Below, one piece after another: positions 61,323 through 64,000 of a stretch of 64,000 nucleotides of DNA. The stretch comes from Candidatus Sericytochromatia bacterium (GTDB lineage: Bacteria; Cyanobacteriota; Sericytochromatia; UBA7694). The stretch is taken from NCBI GenBank assembly GCA_050248915.1, contig JBFWRL010000005.1:10470-74469 (forward strand), in the 5' to 3' direction. The notes under the pieces are model-generated. The model searched no databases. It was not told the DNA's origin and was given only the letters and a program-made list of their open reading frames with translations. The position numbers and the translations under genes were made by a program. Each line of letters opens with the position of its first letter. Positions within the stretch are counted from its first letter, which is position 1.

Positions 61323-62624
61323 TTAGCCAATTTTTCTCCAACGTCGTATATTAGCCACAAGTTGATATGGCAAGTATTTTAATAAAATATTTCTAAAATA
61401 AACCAAAATCCAAGATATAAAATCTAAAATAGAAATATAAACACAAACAAATTCAGTCAAGAAAGTACGTTTATAGGGCTTTTTATTACCCAAAGATTTC
61501 AAAATCAAATCCGAGACAAAAGACGCATAAGCGTATTTTTGAGACATTACAATATCTTGATATGCACGTTCGGCCATTGATATCCGAAGTTTTTCATCTT
61601 TCAGCTTTTCTAGAACAAGATCCAGATTACTAAAATCAGATTTTAATTCAATATAATGAATATTTGGCTCAAGAATACCATTATATCTACCTTCAATCAA
61701 TACTTGACAAGTTTTTGTTGCACATGCCTCTAAATGACGGGGAGACAGTGCCACAACACTAATTTCACCATCTCTATTGGGAAAAATATTTTTTTCAATA
61801 TCATAAAAATCAGGTTTAAATCCACAATCTAAACATTTTTTTAAATAATCAATTGTTTTTCTTTTTAAATCACCGTTCTCATCTAAAAGACTAGACCCAC
61901 CCTCAACACCGATCGTAAATTTACATTTCAGCAAAAAGGCATACCAGTCATTTCCAAAAAAGGTATCTTCAGGGCGGGTCGATATATCTACTAAAAAATC
62001 TTTGGCTCGCTCTTTAAAAATTTCTGCAATTTTGACCTTCAATAATCCTTGTCTTCCCCACCAAGCAGGAGCATGTTCTGCCCTATATCCAATATCAATC
62101 GTTTTAACAGGAATATCCTTTCTTAAACGCTCAATAAGCATCAAATCTTGTGGAGATAGATATCCCGTTAAAACAGAATGAAACTGAACTTTAGATCTAT
62201 CAACTTGAGGATAAATTTTATCTAACTCAGAAAATGGAGAAACCGTAAATACATGCTCAACATTAAATTCATTGATAAATTCATTCATTAAATCAGTATT
62301 GATATATTCATCTTGAGGAATAGCAATTTTAGTTGATATAATATTCTTAAGGACAGATATTTTTTTCATAATTCTGACAAATTTTTGTCTATCACTCCAA
62401 CGAATGACCATAAAAGTTGTGTGAAAAATAATCAAGTCAAAGTGCGCATATTTAATAAAATTTGGCATTTCTGCATAGTAAGCATTAAAAAAAACACATC
62501 TGTGACTTGTATAATCACGAATAGAATACAAATGATTAGTTAATGATTTTTTTTGAGGAAAAGAGACATTTCCATACAATACTAAAATTGTATACACTTT
62601 AATCTTATCAAGCTCACTTTTCAC
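61323..62624 (-). CDS. Putative GT-B glycosyltransferase-like protein (paralog B)
   Basis: Same motifs in the same order as 60063..61301. Confidence 0.65.
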   Translation of the reverse strand: MKSELDKIKVYTILVLYGNVSFPQKKSLTNHLYSIRDYTSHRCVFFNAYYAEMPNFIKYAHFDLIIFHTTFMVIRWSDRQKFVRIMKKISVLKNIISTKIAIPQDEYINTDLMNEFINEFNVEHVFTVSPFSELDKIYPQVDRSKVQFHSVLTGYLSPQDLMLIERLRKDIPVKTIDIGYRAEHAPAWWGRQGLLKVKIAEIFKERAKDFLVDISTRPEDTFFGNDWYAFLLKCKFTIGVEGGSSLLDENGDLKRKTIDYLKKCLDCGFKPDFYDIEKNIFPNRDGEISVVALSPRHLEACATKTCQVLIEGRYNGILEPNIHYIELKSDFSNLDLVLEKLKDEKLRISMAERAYQDIVMSQKYAYASFVSDLILKSLGNKKPYKRTFLTEFVCVYISILDFISWILVYFRNILLKYLPYQLVANIRRWRKIG

Positions 62625-62683
62625 AATTAATCAGGGGATTAATATTTTATCATAAACCAAGTTTTTTCATTGGCTCCAAAAGA

Positions 62684-63850
62684 TTAATTCAGCAGATTAT
62701 GAATATGATTCACCAATTTGTCACAATGGTATTCTTGGGAGTTTAATTTTAACTCTGAATCAGGAAAAATGCGACTATCTCTAGACAGACAGGTTTGAAG
62801 TAACAGATTAATTTCCTCCTTATCTTTACCCACGTGAATATATTGTGGGTATTTTCCAATAAGCTCGGGTATTTCAGTAGAAACAACTTCTATACCAGCG
62901 GCCAGATAGTCCATCACTTTATTGGGATTAATGTTTCGAACCAAATCATTTATTTTATAAGGTACCAAACCTAATTTAGCGCCACTTAAATAAGCAGGCA
63001 ATTGAGAAATAGGTTTAAAACCTAAAAAATAAATATTGGGTTCTTTTTCTAAGTTTGCAAATGGCGAAAGCGGCTCTACTTTCCCAATAAAGACAAAAGA
63101 GATATTTGGATTATTTTTAGCCAAGAAACAGATCAAATCCTCATCCAGCAAAGCTTTTACCCCACCAATATACATTACTCGCGGTTCTGGTATAGCGTAT
63201 AAATCTTGGGGTACAAGTAAGTTTTTATTACGGGCTTGGCTCATCAGCGACATATTCACAGGATTGGGTAAATAATAGGGATTTGAGCAAAATTGGACTT
63301 TCTTTTGCATTACATATTTTGCAGCAAAGATCGTTAAATCCGCTTTTTTTAAAATTTCTTGTTCCAAATCTCGAATTAATCCAATACGAGAAGGTTTAGC
63401 AAACTCAACGTATTCATCATAACAATCATAAATTAACAAATCAGGATTTAGCTCTTTTGCATAGTGAAAAAAACTCGGATGCATTACCCATAAAACACGC
63501 TTAGCATCACTACGAAGTATTTTTTTTAAATTAATTAATAATAATTTACTATTTATCCATGAAACATATTTATTTCGATAAGCCAATTGATCGTGTATTG
63601 GCAAAATTGGTCGAAATAATAGATACGGAGGGTTTTGATTTTTCGCGAGGAGAGCTGACCCTAATTTTAATTTGCCTGGGTGTCGCCACCAAGAAGTCAT
63701 TAAATCAATTGGACGATTTAACACGACCATCTGGTCATCCTTAAACAGAGAGGCAGAAACTGACTCCAGTAAAGATCTGCGATGAAAAAAAGACCATTCA
63801 CCCGTAGAAAAAACAATTAAATCAATGTGTTTTTTTGAATTTGTATTCAT
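62684..63850 (-). CDS. Glycosyltransferase, GT4/TuaH-like
   Basis: IYDCYDEY, PNPV, FLGFKP..LPAYL and NPNKVMDYLAAG.EVVST. Confidence 0.82.
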   Translation of the reverse strand: MNTNSKKHIDLIVFSTGEWSFFHRRSLLESVSASLFKDDQMVVLNRPIDLMTSWWRHPGKLKLGSALLAKNQNPPYLLFRPILPIHDQLAYRNKYVSWINSKLLLINLKKILRSDAKRVLWVMHPSFFHYAKELNPDLLIYDCYDEYVEFAKPSRIGLIRDLEQEILKKADLTIFAAKYVMQKKVQFCSNPYYLPNPVNMSLMSQARNKNLLVPQDLYAIPEPRVMYIGGVKALLDEDLICFLAKNNPNISFVFIGKVEPLSPFANLEKEPNIYFLGFKPISQLPAYLSGAKLGLVPYKINDLVRNINPNKVMDYLAAGIEVVSTEIPELIGKYPQYIHVGKDKEEINLLLQTCLSRDSRIFPDSELKLNSQEYHCDKLVNHIHNLLN

Positions 63851-64000
63851 TTTAGCTTTAATTACCCACACACTATTCACATGTATACGTATAATTATCT
63901 ATTTTAAAAAATATATTTAATTTTATAAAAAATAGACAATATTTGTCATATCACAACTTGAAAATGAATAACACGCTCGGTAAATAGTTTCTATATATTT

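Larger units (their letters stand above)
59100..64000. other. AT-rich glycan-modification island, continuing past the window end
   Basis: Abrupt shift to A/T-rich sequence and codons (roughly 30% GC by eye versus about 50%); contains a methyltransferase and GT genes. Confidence 0.75.

Overview
A gene-dense bacterial chromosomal window of roughly 50% GC that ends in a visibly AT-rich glycan-modification island (about 59.1-64 kb). Core genes include the 3' part of rocD, sppA, tRNA-Pro(GGG), murE, rpsB-tsf-pyrH-frr-cdsA, yraN, ndh, yggS, a glutamine synthetase, polX-PHP, a cbpA/dnaJ-type chaperone, class Ia nrdBA, tatC, a TrmH methylase and an enoyl-CoA hydratase. The gene set and the short EF-Ts suggest a non-photosynthetic relative of Cyanobacteria such as Sericytochromatia; this is inference only. 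I see no CRISPR array, transposase, integrase or rRNA. The best candidate for an undescribed system is a four-gene signalling and exopolysaccharide module at 39479-46784. It comprises a hybrid PAS-kinase-REC-Hpt protein, a membrane HEAT-repeat protein, a processive QxxRW GT2 synthase, and a degenerate GGDEF-REC protein that keeps an intact RxxD c-di-GMP site. Other leads are an unlisted 37-aa PetM-like membrane peptide, a tail-to-tail pair of paralogous GT-like genes, two TPR-GT41 (OGT-like) genes, several orphan proteins with FliK-like disordered N-termini, two orphan proteins with internal domain repeats, a YceI-cytochrome P460-altered PolX operon, and palindromes upstream of glnA and nrdB. 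All calls come from reading motifs by eye; no database search was run.
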